DNA of 64,000 nt, taken from positions 152,892,001-152,956,000 of the forward strand of contig JBITNC010000001.1 of NCBI GenBank assembly GCA_050084985.1, read 5' to 3'. Numbering within the stretch: position 1 is the first letter of the stretch; each line of letters starts with the position of its first letter. Source of the DNA: Nageia nagi. Taxonomy: Eukaryota > Plantae > Pinophyta. This document shows positions 36,601 to 51,167 of the stretch, in pieces. The translations under genes were made by a program, and so were the position numbers. Under the pieces are notes generated by a model. That model was not told the origin of the DNA and made no database searches. It worked only from the letters and a program-made list of their open reading frames with translations.

Positions 36601-39600
36601 TGAATTTTCAAAACAAAAGCCACCTATGAGTAGAGAAATTATGCAAAGAACATTTATCCTTAATATTCCTAAAATCTTAACTGTTCAAGTGGATAATGAT
36701 TTTATCTACAAATTATGGTTCCTAAGATTGCTAGAAAATGGCTTTCCACACATCATATTGGATAAATAAAATTAGAGGTTGGAAAAACTAAAAATAGATT
36801 CATCAAAGGATGGCTGGTTCATTATGAGGATGAATCTAGGATGCCCACAACTCTCTCACAAGATAAAGAATTGGATTGCATTTTTTAGATCAACATTAAC
36901 TATCTCAAGATCATAGTGTAGGAAACAAATAAAGGAGATAGGGATAAAGAAAGAAATGAGAAAAAGATCCTTAACCAGTTTGAACTTGCATAAGTAGGAA
37001 TAAGCTAGAAGGAATTTAATCTTATAAGTTATAAGATACCAATAAAATGGACTCTAATCATATAATACAGATACAATATAATGGAAGAAACTTGCAAAAC
37101 AATATTCTTCTCACTCCTGAATTCATACTTTTCCAAGAGAATATAATCCATCATATAGCAACTAAAATAAAAGAAAGCTTAAAAATATCTTTCTAAATAT
37201 AGAAATGAGTTAGATTGTGTCCAAACTTGGTGTACACATCCCTCTTATAATAATAAAACTTAATTTAAAATATTAGGATTCAACTTAATGTATAATAAAA
37301 GATATTAAAATTTCTAAATTCACAAAAATTCAAAAAAAACATGGGAACATAAATTAAAAGTTAATTTTAGGACACTAGATGGAGGAATTAGGTCTATAAA
37401 ATATCTTTTTTTGGAATAAATGAATCTAGGATTGGCCTGATGCAAAATATGCACATGGAACCACCTTTTAAATTTCAAGGAAAATGGATAAAATGGTCAA
37501 AAATTATGGATCCAACAAGGTGCATCATTCTCCTTTGGTGAAAAATAACTTGTCTTCTATGAGTTCAACTTAATTGAAATCTTGAAGCTTTTAGATATAA
37601 ATTTTTCAATAGATTTGACTCTAAAACCTAAGTGTTATTTAATTATGGTAATCTTAATACACCTCTTTCTTTCCTAAAACTTGACAAACTCAACCATGAC
37701 TCATTCTTCTTAAACCTGACCATGTTTGCAAACATCTACTAAAGATAATGACCATCTCTTATTGGTTCAAATAATTACAGTCTAAATTATATTGCTTAAG
37801 TTCAACAAGATTGTATAAACATTGTAATAATCTTAAGCAAAGCCTCTCATATTTCTCTGATCTTGTGAAAATAAAATATCTTGGCTACCTTTTGGTGCTA
37901 AAGACAAATACAATTATAATTTAGAGTAAATATAGAAAGTTATAGCTATGTAGAATCAAGATATAACCTATATATGTTATATATTTTATAATTTTTTTAG
38001 ATCATAGTTAGTTAAGTACAAGTTGTAGTTTATATGTTCTCTTTAGATTCTTATTACTATTGGTGGATATTTTTGAATATGAAGGTATACCTACAACTCA
38101 AATTGATGTAAAATAGGGTGTTGGATATTGTAGCATTTTTTTCCTAAGTATTGAAATTTCTATTATTCTAGCCCAAACTAAGTATGTTGATATATGTACA
38201 TTTATTTCATCATGTAGTCTTTGGATGGCTTAAATGGTTGCATTGTTTATATGTTTCATGTTCTCCATAGTATGATAAATAAAATGTCTATGATTATATC
38301 CTCTACTCTCTTGCAACCAAATGATGGATGCTACATTATAGGGATTACTATTAGCTAGGGATACTTAGTTTAGGTTTTGATAGAATTGTTGAAAGCTAGG
38401 GTTGGCCACAAGTGATATCATTTCCCATTCTTTCTTGCACTTTGAACTTTTTTTATCTCCTTCTATCTTTTTTCCTTTGTTTTCCACCTTTCATGATGGA
38501 TAAGAAATCATCTTGATAAAATCAAAATAAGGAATTCAGAATCAAACTAACTCTTCTATCTATAATGAGTATTTTAAAGGGCTTACATCACTATATATGG
38601 GAAGTAAACCTTATGATTTTAAATTTTAAGAGCTACAACAAAAGGGTAACATCATCTTGTTTATGAGAGATACAATCCCATATAGATTCTTTTTTTTTTA
38701 TAGAAAGGATACAAACTGATTGGTTCACATACATAAGACAAGGTTGACTTATATAGAAATGGACCACCAAAACAAGATCCTATTCACCTCTTTGTTTGTG
38801 GGATGCATCTAAAGAAGATTATCAGATACTAATCTTTGGGATTTAGAATTATCAAAATAAGATCCACCTATGAGAAAAGAAATTTTATAGATAAAATCAT
38901 TCCCTAATATTTTTAGAATACTAATTATTCAAACAAATCATTATTTTGTCTATGAATATGGTTCCTAAGATTGTTTGAAAATGGCTTGCCAAGAACCATC
39001 CTAAATAAATAAAATTGGAGGTTGAATAAATTGAAAATCAATTCATCCAATGATGATTTATTTATTATGAGGATGAATCCAAAACCCCTCTAACACTACT
39101 ATGAGAAATAGGTTCATGTTCATTCAAGATAAATTTGGCAACATTAATGCACATACTAGCTAAATCTGTTTGATCTATTTTAAGGAAATAGAATTGTGAC
39201 CTAATAAGTTCAAGATTCAAGATATGAAGAAGAAGATAAGTTATTTTTGGAATTCTAGAAGTTGAACAAAATACTCAATAATGATAAATCAAATTGTATT
39301 TATAGAGAAAAATATTCTTGAAAGAAAGATTATCATGGACCTATAATGTTTGGGGTTTAGTCAAAATTAAGGTTTCCTTGATAAAGATTTTGGACCTAAG
39401 CAATATTAGGGAATGGTTTATTTCTCTCCTAAAAGAATTATTTTTATATTTTGATACTAAAGTGTTAGAATAATAAAGATAATATCATAAGGTTCCTATG
39501 ATGAAAATGGTTATCTATTGAGTATATTGCCAGTTGTGGAATGCATATCAAAAATTCAAATTTGAAAAAGATCTAGTGTGTTTTGAACTTATTTTGTTCT

Positions 39601-41520
39601 AGGTAAACATGTTTGAATCTAATCAATAGAGTCACATAAAATGGATGTTCCTATAAAGATACACCTACCCAAGCCTTGTCTAATTCCTAAAGAAAGTACA
39701 TTTTAGTTTCTAAGGTAATATTCTAATCTTTCTAATGATTTTCATACATTAGAAAGGAATTTATATTTATGAAAAACTATATTTTCAAAATATAAGTAGA
39801 TATGTTCTGGTAATACTAGGGGGCACATGTAAAATGATCATATCTTGTTGATATGTATTTGATACATTAACATTACATGTCAAGTCTTACAATTCTAAGA
39901 GGCTATTAACCATCAATTCATGCCAAAGTATCTGATAACTCATACTCATGTACTTACCTAATTACTATCATGTATACTAACTATAATATTCTTTATTAGA
40001 AGAGTTATTCTAGAACTTTACATAATAGATAATGTATTTCAATGGTAATGTTTTTTCTAGTACATATTTTTTTTAAAACATAGTTTAAATATAAATAAAA
40101 AGAGTTTCTCATAGAGGTCATTGATTTGAATTTAGATTCAAAATTAACTAATCACATATAAAAAGAGATTTACTGAAGAGGATAAGAAGGATGAGTAATA
40201 AAAGTATAGAAATAGGTTTGAATTTATCAAGAATAATTCATAATTATTGGAACTATTTTGTTGAGATCTATTTCTTAAAGAGATACTAGATGAATATATA
40301 TGTTCTTTCCTATTAGTAGCCAATGCATAGAAAGTATTAGAACATCCAAGGATGAAAATTAAATTATGTATATGGAAGTAATGATGTGGTCTGAATCTTG
40401 TAAGATAGATTAGTAGTGATCATGTAAATATATGTTGTTTCACCCATCATGATCTTCCACTATAAACTTTTCATTTTATTCCTTCCAATCCTCTTGATGT
40501 TCCCTTCATTACACTATTCTCACCCTTACCTATTTCCCATGGTATTTTTAGTTATGTATCTTTCCACCTTAATCGCTTCATCCATCCTATCAAATTTGTA
40601 CCTCCATTTTCTTCTATTTCTTGTGTTCATTCCCCCATGTATGATCTCCTCCCTCTTTCCTACTTTCCCCTTGAATTTACATTTCCATTAATAGTATTAT
40701 TTTCAAGAATCACATGACATCTTAAAAAGGCTATATGAAAAAAGGATACAAGTGGAGATGGATTCAACAACATAAAAAAAGCATGGTAGAGCAGTGATTT
40801 ATTTCAATTTTTTATTTAAAGACTTATTAGAAATATTTTTGTATTGTAAAATGGTTAATGTTCTGATTGATTGATATGTGAATATTATTCTATTTGATTT
40901 AAAGATTTATTTAGAATATATTCCATCCCATACAACCCTTGCTAATGCATGTTTCCTACAAAATTTCTATTATATGATTCACTAACTATTGTGATTCTTC
41001 AAAATAGTTAGTGAAGAGGAGGAATGTTATAGAAATTGTAACTTACATTAAGCAGGGATATTATTTCTTCATTACCTTATTCTTTAACAAGTTTGAAATA
41101 TTTCATAGGCATTCATAATGGTGGTAGCTAGATGAAAGAGAACTTTTTGGAGCAAATGATGTTACATGTATAAAACATCTTCTTGGAGCCTAACAATATT
41201 CTTCTCTAAAGTATTTCTAGGAGTGTGGTAAACTTCAAAGCAAAACTTTCCCAAAATTTGAAAAACTTGTGAGTGTATAATGTCCTTAGGATTCAATAAT
41301 TTTTACTTTTTACACATTCTCCCAAAATGTAGATAGAGTTTTACCAAGGCATCTCCAAGTAAAATGGTCTAATCAAATGATACACCTCTCTTTTACAAAA
41401 CCTATCAAACTCAACCATGAATCTTTCTATTAGAGCCCAACTGTATTTGTAAACATCCACTAAAGAAAAATATCATCTCCTATTAGTCTAAATAATGGTA
41501 ATCTCATTTATATTGCCTAA
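30628..41520. repeat. Array of an unclassified ~3.8 kb unit (segments A-B-C), probably LTR-element derived
   Basis: A at 30628-32040, 35047-36450, 37656-38700 (partial) and 41025-41520 (partial). B at 36450-36870 and 38700-39110. C at 33095-35046 and 39110-41024. C ends in a purine tract followed by TGTTATAG. Confidence 0.8.
32042..33037. other. ~1 kb insertion flanked by a 14 bp direct repeat
   Basis: ACAAAGTATGAAAT at 32028-32041 and 33038-33051. The insert is absent from the other copies of the unit. Confidence 0.55.
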
Positions 41521-44500
41521 TTTTCTTAAGTTTTAGTTTGTTATACATCCCTTTAGGAAATATTTATTATCTAATATGAACCATGATCATATCACCCTCT
41601 TCAAACACTTTCACTCTTATGTGTTTATTAGCACATTATTTGTAGTGAGCATTACTACTATGTAATTTTTCTTTCATTCAGTCTTACACTTTTTGAATAT
41701 ACTCAACAAATGCTTATGCATCATCACTAACTTGTTCCCCCATTAGTAACTAAACTAAATCTAATACACCTCAAGAATTTTGACCATAAATAATTTCAAA
41801 AAGATATTTACCTATTGACCTATTCACTAAGCTATTATATGCAAATTTAGCTTATGATAAGGCTAAATATCATTGTTTTAGCTTTTCTCCTGACTATATA
41901 ATGTAAGAGCTTTCCCAATATTCTATTCACTACCTTTATTTTCCCATCAATCTATGGGTGGTAAGCACTACTAAACTACATCCTAGTGTCTAACTTATTC
42001 CACAACATCCTCTAAAAGTGACTAAAGAACTTAATATCCCAATTAGAAGCAATAGTCTTTGGAACACCATGCAACCATAAAACTTCATCAAAAAATAATA
42101 CTGCAATCTTAGTGGCATCATTAGTTTTATAGTAAGCAATAAAATGCATTATTTTAGAATCTACCACAACAAAAACTAAATCCTTACCCCATTATGTCTT
42201 GGGAAACCCCAAAGTGAAATCCATAATCAAATCAATCCATGGTCTAGTGGCATATATAGTTGTGTATTTTATGCATGACCCTTAGCCATTTGGCATTCTT
42301 TGCATCTAGAGATAAACTTGATTATATATCTCTTCATATTTGGTCAATAATACTTCTCCTCTATAAGATTTGTAGTTTTGGCTACTTGAAAATGACCAAA
42401 TAAATCTTCATTATGTAATACCCTCAAGATGTTCTCTCATAGAGGCATTGGGAATGCATAATTGATTACCCTTAAATAAGTAACCATTTTGAATAAAATG
42501 TTCTTCAAAACTTATATAGGACTCACCCTCTACTATAATTTTATACTATTGCACAATATTCCTAAAATCTACATCAAATTCATATAGATTTTTAATCCCC
42601 TCAAATCCTACCACTTCATTCTCCATAGTGGTCAATGATAAGACTCTCATACTCAATGCATCAACAACCTTATTTTGTTTTTAGACATGTTTCAAGATAA
42701 ATGTATACTATTGTAAAAATGAAACACACTTGGCATACTTACTATTTAACTTTTTCTAAGATTTGACATACCTCAATCCTTCATGATTAGTAATCAACAC
42801 AAACTCCTTTGAGATTAAGTAGTGCCTTAAATGTTGCAATGCTTACACAATTACATAAAACTCCATATCATATGTAAAATAATTCTTTATTATGTCATTC
42901 AACTTCTCACTAAAAAATGCTATAGGTCAGCTCTCTTGACTTAATACACCACCAATTCCAACAAATGAGGCATCATAATCAACCTCAAATACCTTACTAA
43001 AATCTTGGAACACTAGAATAAGGGATTTTGACTTCATCTTCTTCAATATTTCAAAAATCTCAATTACTTCCATAGTCAATACAAAAACTTCCCCTTTGTG
43101 CACTTAGTTATAGGGGCAACTATATTGCTAAACTTCTTGATCAACTTTTTTGTAAATGGTAGCTAGGCTATGAAAACTTGTTACTTCTATTATACTTAGC
43201 GGAAGAGACCATTCCAAAATTACCTTCACTTTCTCATTATCCATCCTCATGCCATATCTTGAAATTAAAAATCCTAAAAGCATTAAACCATTCTAAATAA
43301 ATCTATATTTTTGTAGGTTAACATATAATTTCTCCTTTCTAAGCATGTCTAATACCAATTTTAGGTGTAACAGATGCTCTCCTTCACTTTTACTATAAAT
43401 CAAAATATCATCAAAATACATAACCACAAAATTACCATTATATTCCCATAGTACTTTGTTCATAAATTGCATAAATGAATTATGTGTATTAGATAACCCA
43501 AATGGCATCATCATCCACTCATACAACCCATGTTTTATCTTAAAAACTATATTCCATTCATCACCTTCTCAAATTTTTATTTGGTACTAGCCATTTTACA
43601 GATCAATTTTACTCAAGTATTTACCTCCAACCAATCCATCATGTCCTCCACTCTTACCATAGAAAATTGCTACTTTATTGTGATCTTATTTATTGCTCTA
43701 CTATCCACACACATTTGTAATGAACCATATTTCTTTGGGGTCAACAATGTTGTAGTCATGCATCGACTCATGCTCTGCCTAACTAAGATCTTGTTTATGA
43801 ACTATGTCGCTTACCTACTTAACTCTGCATTCTATGTTGGGTTCAACCAATAAGCTACTTGATTTGGGAGCATTGATCAGGGAATCAAATACATGTTATG
43901 ATGGATATCCCTCTTTGGTGGCATCCCATATGGTAACTCCTCTACTATGGTATTTTTATATTCTCTTAGCAACTTATTTGTTGCTATAGACATAACCACT
44001 TCCTTTATTTCCATCTTCCTAGCTGTTAAGGTATAATAAAGGCTATCTTCCTTAATCACTACAAGAATATCCTTCATAGCTAACAAGCTCTCACTCAATC
44101 CATTCTCCTTCAAAAGTACAAGAACTACCTTTACATGATCCTTACAAAATGTGTGAATATTCTTTTTACCATTATGGTTAGCATCCTTATCATATTGCCA
44201 AGGTCTCCTTAATAGAATATGAGATTCATCCACTAGGATCACATCATACCACACTTCATCCTTGTAAGTTCTCCCAATTGAGAAGTTGACTAAACATGTC
44301 TTATCAATGGTCATTGCATTTATTTTCTTAATCCATGAAGCATAATAGTGGTTTGTATGCTTCTCACATTGTAAATTTAATTTATCAACCATCATATTAG
44401 AGACCAAATTTTCAAAACTACCACCATTAATGATCATGTTACATAACTTTCCTCCTGATGTGCATCTTATGCAAAAACTATTATTAAGCAAATAAGAATC

Positions 44501-45715
44501 TCCACCATATTTTTCTTGCATGTTTATATTATGTGGAATACTAAGGGTTCTCCTTATCATGAGAGTTTCACCCATGTCTATGGTAACTTCTTTCTTAGTC
44601 TCTTCCTCTTCTTCAACTAGAGTAACCCTAGCTTGTACTAAGGATATTTATATGCTTTACAACCTTCCTCTCTACATGTATACTAGATGAATGATTTCCA
44701 TGATCCATTCCTTATCTTACCTCCACCATTACATCTTCCTCTTGGGTATCATTTTCCTCTTTGGGAGGTATCTTGAACCTATCCCACCTAATCCTCTTTT
44801 CTAGCAAATGTTGAAGTTTCTCCTTTGGAAAAACTAGAACCACTATGCCCTTAATTTGAAGAGGGTGTTCATCCTTTCTTTCCCCCTCTACTAAATCTAT
44901 TTAGCTTCTTCTCAGCTTTTAGGGCCATTTGGTATGTATCCTCTACATAAAGAGTATGATGCATACTTATCTCATCTTGAATTAAAAAAAATTAGGTTAT
45001 CCACATACCTTGTAGCTCTTTATTCATATGTCTCATTATGCTCAACCCAAATGGATAACTTGTAGAACTCATTGGTGTAATCTTTGATGCTTTATTTCTT
45101 CTATCAAATATTTTAGAATCTAAGAAATAAGGTTTGGGAATAATCTATAGGAATAAATTTTTCTTGCAACTTCTTTATCTTGTCCCAAGCTCTGATCTTC
45201 TCTTTCTCCTTTATCTATCATGAAACTTGTATATGATCCCACCAAATCAATGCATTCCCCTTTAAATTTGTACATGCAAGCTTTATCTTCTTATCCTCAG
45301 CAAGACTACTCCATTCAAAATAATTATTTATGCTATATACCCAATTGATCAACTCATCTAGTTTCAACCCACCAACATACCAAGGAACCTCGATCTTGAT
45401 CCCATCTTGATTTATTTTTAGCACTTCCAAGGCTTAGATTAGCCTATTTTGAGAGCATTATTTTGCTACTATAGGATGTCTTAGTTCTTTCTCCATCTCA
45501 ATTTTAGGTCCATCTTCCCCAAACATGCTCTCACTATTAGATCCCAAATTTGGGTTTGCATTGGGTCTTCTCTCCCCCTTGTGATTAATAACACTTATTA
45601 ACCATGCTATTTTTGCATGTAGATCCTCTATTTTCCTATTCATATAGGCATAAGACCTACCATACCTTTTCCTATACCTCAAGCTTGTATTCTAGGTGGT
45701 ATCTTCCCTCCATTA
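41521..45715 (-). pseudogene. CRM-like gag-pol, copy 1
   Basis: ORFs 45218-45430 (gag), 43877-44575 (protease MIINGGSFENLVS, HILLRRPWQYD) and 43293-43526 ([23 protein letters not shown]), with RNase H and integrase remnants leftwards. Confidence 0.92.
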
Positions 45716-45743
45716 GCAAGATTGCACCCGCTCTAATATGAAA

Positions 45744-46329
45744 TGATGTGAATTCAGCTATAAGAGATAAAAAAAAATGGACTCCAATCACATAATACAA
45801 ATGCAATATAATGGAAGAAACCTACAAAATAATATTCTTCTCATTCTTTAATTCACACTACTTCTCTAAGAGAATACAATCCATTATATAGCAACTAAAA
45901 ACTAAAGAAACCCTAAAAAAATCTTTCTTTTTTTTAATAGAAATGAGTTGGATAACACCCAAATTTAGTATATGCATCTCCCTTACAATAATAAATCTAA
46001 ATTTAAAATAAGAAGACTCAACTTAATGTATAACAAAATATATTAAATTTCTAACATTCAAAAATTTTTGAAAAACATGAGAACATAAATTTAAAACTAA
46101 TTTTGGGAAGGGATGGAGGAATTAGTTCTCAAAAATAGTTTTTGGAGGACCAAGAGAATCTAAAATTATCCTAATGGAAAACAAGTATATGGAACCACCT
46201 TTTAAATTTTAAGGAAAATGGACAAAATGGTCAAAAGTTATGGTTTTGGAAAGGTGCATCATTCTCCTCTAGTGAAAAAGAACTCAACTCCTATGAGTTT
46301 AGCTAAATTGAAATCATGAATAGCTATCA
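45744..46329 (-). repeat. Shared middle LTR of the CRM-like tandem
   Basis: TG...CA bounded; PBS of copy 1 on its left, chromodomain end of copy 2 on its right. Confidence 0.85.
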
Positions 46330-46344
46330 ATTTTTTTATATCTC

Positions 46345-49300
46345 TAACTCTAAAACCTAAGTGTTATTTGATTGTGGTAATCCTTCCCACTAAATTAAGT
46401 ACCTATTGTAGCTCCCATGTCTTGTGGTGATTACTTTCTTATCTACCACTTGTGTGACTTTACCATTTTTTTCTTAGGTATTAATTGTGCCTAATTTAAT
46501 GTGCCCTATTACTCACCATCCTTGGTAGTAGCAAGATATTGAAATAAATCAAAAATATTAAAAATAGGTGAAATATCAAACTCATCAGGTAGATCTACTC
46601 TATAAGCATTATCATTGATCTTCTTTAAAATCCTACAAAGAATTATTTTCTTAAGTTTTAATTTGTTGTATGTTCCCTTAGTAAATATTTATTTCCTAAG
46701 ATGAACCATGACCATATCACACTTTTCAAACACTTTTATCCTTCTATGTACATCACCAGATTTTTTGTATTGAGCATTACTACTATGTAATGTTTCTTTC
46801 ATTGACTCTTGCACATTTTGGATATGATTAGCAAATGCATTTGCATCATCACAAACTTATTCCCCTGTTGGTAACTCAATGAAATCTAATACACCTTTGG
46901 GATTTTATCTATAAATAATTTGAAAAGGGGATTTACCTGTTGATTTATCCACTAATATGTTATATAAAAATCTAGCTTGTGATAAGGCTAAATCCCATTA
47001 TTTTAGATTTTTCCCAACTATGCACCATAAGATGTTTTCCAAGCTTCTATTCACTACCTCTATTTTTCCATAGGTCGATGGGTGTTAAACACTACTAAAC
47101 TACATCCTAATGTTTATCTTCTTCCACAACATCCTTCAAAAGTGACTTAAGAACTTAGTATCCCAATCAAAAGTAATAGTATTTGAAATACCATGCAACT
47201 GCATAACCTAATCAAAGAATAAGACTACAATCCTCATGGCATCATTAGTTTTCTAGCAAGCAATAACATGTACCATTTTAGAAAATCTATCTACCATAAA
47301 AAAACTAAATCCTTAATCCATTGTGTCTTGGGAAACCCCAACATGAAATCCACACTCATATTGTTCCATGGTCCTATATGAATTGGTAGTGGTATATACA
47401 ACCCTATATTTTGTGCATGGTCCTTAGCTATTTGGTATACTTTGCATCTAGAGATAAACTTGATTATGTATCTCTTCATCTTTGGCTAATAATACTTCTT
47501 CTCTACAAGATTCATAGTTTTGGCTACTCCAAAATGATCAACTAAACCCTCACTTTATAATTCCCTAATGATGTTCTCTCTCATAGAGCCAATGGAAATG
47601 CATAATCAATTACCTTTAAATAAGTAACCATTCTAAAAACAAATTCTTAAAACATTGTATGAGACTTACCCTCTACTACATTTTTGCACTATTCGATAAT
47701 ATTCCCAAAATCCACATCAATTCATATATATTTTTAATCTCTTAAAATCCCACCACTTCATTCCCCATAGTGGTCAACAACAAGACTGTCCTATGTAATG
47801 CATCAACAATCTTATTTTGTTTTTCCAAATTGTATTTGAAGATAAATGTTCAATATTGCAAAAATGAAACCCATATGGTGTGCCTACTATTTAACTTTTT
47901 ATGACTCTAAAACCCAAGTGTTATTTGACTATCATAATCCTTACCACTAAATTAGGTATCTGTTGTAGCTCCAATGTCTTGTGGTGATCACTTTCTTATT
48001 AAGAACTTATGCAACTTTGTCCTTGTATTTTTAGGCATTCATTATGCCCAATTTACTATGCCCTATAACTCACCATCCTTGGTAGTAATAAGATATTGGA
48101 ATAAATAAAAAATATTAAAAATAGGTGAAATATCAAACTCATCAGGTAGATCTACTCTATAAGCATTATCATTGATCTTCTTTAAAATCCTACAAAGAAT
48201 TATTTTCTTAAGTTTTAATTTGTTGTATGTTCCCTTAGTAAATATTTATTTCCTAAGATGAACCATGACCATATCACACTTTTCAAACACTTTTATCCTT
48301 CTATGTACATCACCAGATTTTTTGTATTGAGCATTACTACTATGTAATGTTTCTTTCATTGACTCTTGCACATTTTGGATATGATTAACAAATGCATTTG
48401 CATCATCACAAACTTATTCCCCTATTGGTAACTCAATGAAATCTAATACACCTTTGGGATTTTATCTATAAATAATTTGAAAAGGGGATTTACCTGTTGA
48501 TTTATTCACTAATATGTTATATAAAAATCTAGCTTGTGATAAGGCTAAATCCCATTATTTTAGATTTTTCCCAACTATGCACCATAAGATGTTTTCCAAG
48601 CTTCTATTCACTACCTCTATTTTTCCATAGGTCGATGGGTGTTAAACACTACTAAACTACATCCTAATGTTTATCTTCTTCCACAACATCCTTCAAAAGT
48701 GACTTAAGAACTTAGTATCCCAATGAAAAGTAATAGTATTTGAAATACCATGCAACTGCATAACCTAATCAAAGAATAAGACTACAATCCTCATGGCATC
48801 ATTAGTTTTCTAGCAAGCAATAACATGTACCATTTTAGAAAATCTATCTACCATAAAAAAACTAAATTCTTACTTTGTTGTGTCTTGGGCAACCCCAACA
48901 TGAAATCCACACTCAGATAGGTCCATGTTCTTATAGGAATCGGTAATGGTATATACAACCCTATATTTTGTGCATGGTCCTTAGCTATTTGGTATACTTT
49001 GCATCTAGAGATAAACTTGATTATGTATCTCTTCATGTTTGGCTAATAATACTTCTACTCTACAAGAGTCATAGTTTTGGCTACTCCAAAATGACCAACT
49101 AAACCTTCACTTTATAATTCCCTCAAGATGTTCTCTCTCATAGAGCCATTGGAAATGCATAATCGATTACCTTTAAATAAGTAACCAGTTTGAAAAAAAA
49201 CTCTAAAAAAATTGTATGAGACTCACCCTACATTACACTTATGTACTGTTCCACATTATTCCCAAAATTTGCATCAATTCTTACATATTTTTAATCTCCT

Positions 49301-49460
49301 CAAATCATACTTCATTCTCCATAGTGGTCAACAATAAGAATCTCCTACTCAATGCATCAACAATCTTATTTTGTTTTCCCAAATTGTATTTTAGGATAAA
49401 TGTATAATGTTGTAAAAATGAAACCCATTTGGCATGCCTACTATTTAACTTTTCTGAGAG
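46345..49460. repeat. 1557 bp tandem duplication of the integrase region
   Basis: 46345-47902 is repeated at 47903-49460. The equivalent ORFs are offset by exactly 1557 bp. Confidence 0.93.
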
Positions 49461-51167
49461 TTGACATATCTCAATGCTTCATGATTAGTAAACAATACAA
49501 ACTCCTTTGAGATTAAGTAGTACCTCCAATGTTGCAATGCTTATATAATTGCATAAAACTCTACATCATATGTAGAATAATTCTTCCTTGTTTCATTCAA
49601 CTTCTCACTAAAAAATACTATAGGTTAACCCTCTTGACTCAATACACCATAAATTCTAACAAATGTGGCATCATAATCAACCTCAAACACCTTGCTAAAA
49701 TTTAGTAGCACTAGAACAAAGGCTTTTGATACCTTCTTCTTCAATATTTCAAAACTCTCCATTGCTACCTTAGTCCATACAAAATCCTTCCCCTTTGTAG
49801 ACTTAGTTATAGGGGTAGCTATACTACTAAAGTTCTTGATGAACTCTTTGTAAAAGATAGCTAGGCCATGAAAACTCCTTACTTATGTTATAGTTCATGG
49901 AAGAGGCCATTATATAATTGCCTTCACTTTCTCATCATCCATCCTCATGCCATCTCTTGAGATTACAAATCCCAAAAATACTAAACCATCCTAAATAAAT
50001 CTACTTTTTTTAGGTTGACATTTAATTTATCCTTCCTAAGCATGCCTAACACCAATTTCAGGTATTAAAAATGTTCTTCACTTTTAGTATAAATCAAAAT
50101 ATCATCAAAATAAATAACCATAAAATTACCATTATATTCTCATAGTACTTTGTTCATCAATTGCATAAATAAATTATTTGTATTAGATAACCCAAATGGC
50201 ATCACCATCCACTCTTGCAACCCATATTCTATCTTAAACATTGTCTTCCATTCATCACCTTATCGAATTTGGATCTGCTAGTAGCCACTTTGCAGATCAA
50301 TTTTACTAAAGTATTTACCTATAGCCAATCCATCTATAATGTCATCCACTCTTGGCATAGGATATTGATACTTTACTATGATCTTGTTTATGGATCTACT
50401 ATTCACACACATCCACCATGAACCATCTTTCTTTTGGGTTAGAAATGATGGAGTCATAAATGGACTAATACTCTATCTAACTAAGCTCTTTTTTATCAAT
50501 TATATCACTTTCCTACTCAACTCTGCATTCTATGTTGAGTTCAACCTATAAGTTGCCTAATTTGGGAGTGTTGATCCCTAAATCAAATCTATGTGATGTT
50601 AGACATCCCTATTTGGTGGCATCCTATCTAGTACCTCCTATGGTGTGATATCTTCATATTCTATTAGTAACTTAATTAATACTATAGGCATAATGACTTC
50701 CTCTATTTCTAGCTTCTTAGCTATTAAGTCATAATAGGAGCCATCTTTCTTAATCATTGCAAGAAACTCTTTTATTACCAACAAGATCTCACTCAGCCCA
50801 TCCTCCTTTAAAGGTACAAGGACTACCTTTATACTATCCTTCTAAAATGTGTGAGTATTCTTTCTACCATTATGGTTAGCATTCCTATTGTACTACCAAG
50901 CTCTCCCCAACAGAATGTGACATGCATCCACCAAGATCACATCACACCACACTTTATCCTTGTAAGTTATTTCAATTAATAAGTTGACTAAACACCTCTT
51001 ATCAATGGTCATTGCATTTTATTTTTATTGAAACATGAAACATGATAGGGGTTTGAATGCTTCTCACATTTTAGATTTAATTTATCAACCATGATATTAG
51101 AGACCAAATTTTCACAACCACCACCATCAATGACCATGTTACATACCTTTCCTCTTGATGTGCATCT

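Noticed and set aside
39088-39095. CTCTAACA as the LTR end matching TGTTATAG
   Set aside because: Not conserved in the other copy (CACAACT near 36850), and no PBS follows.
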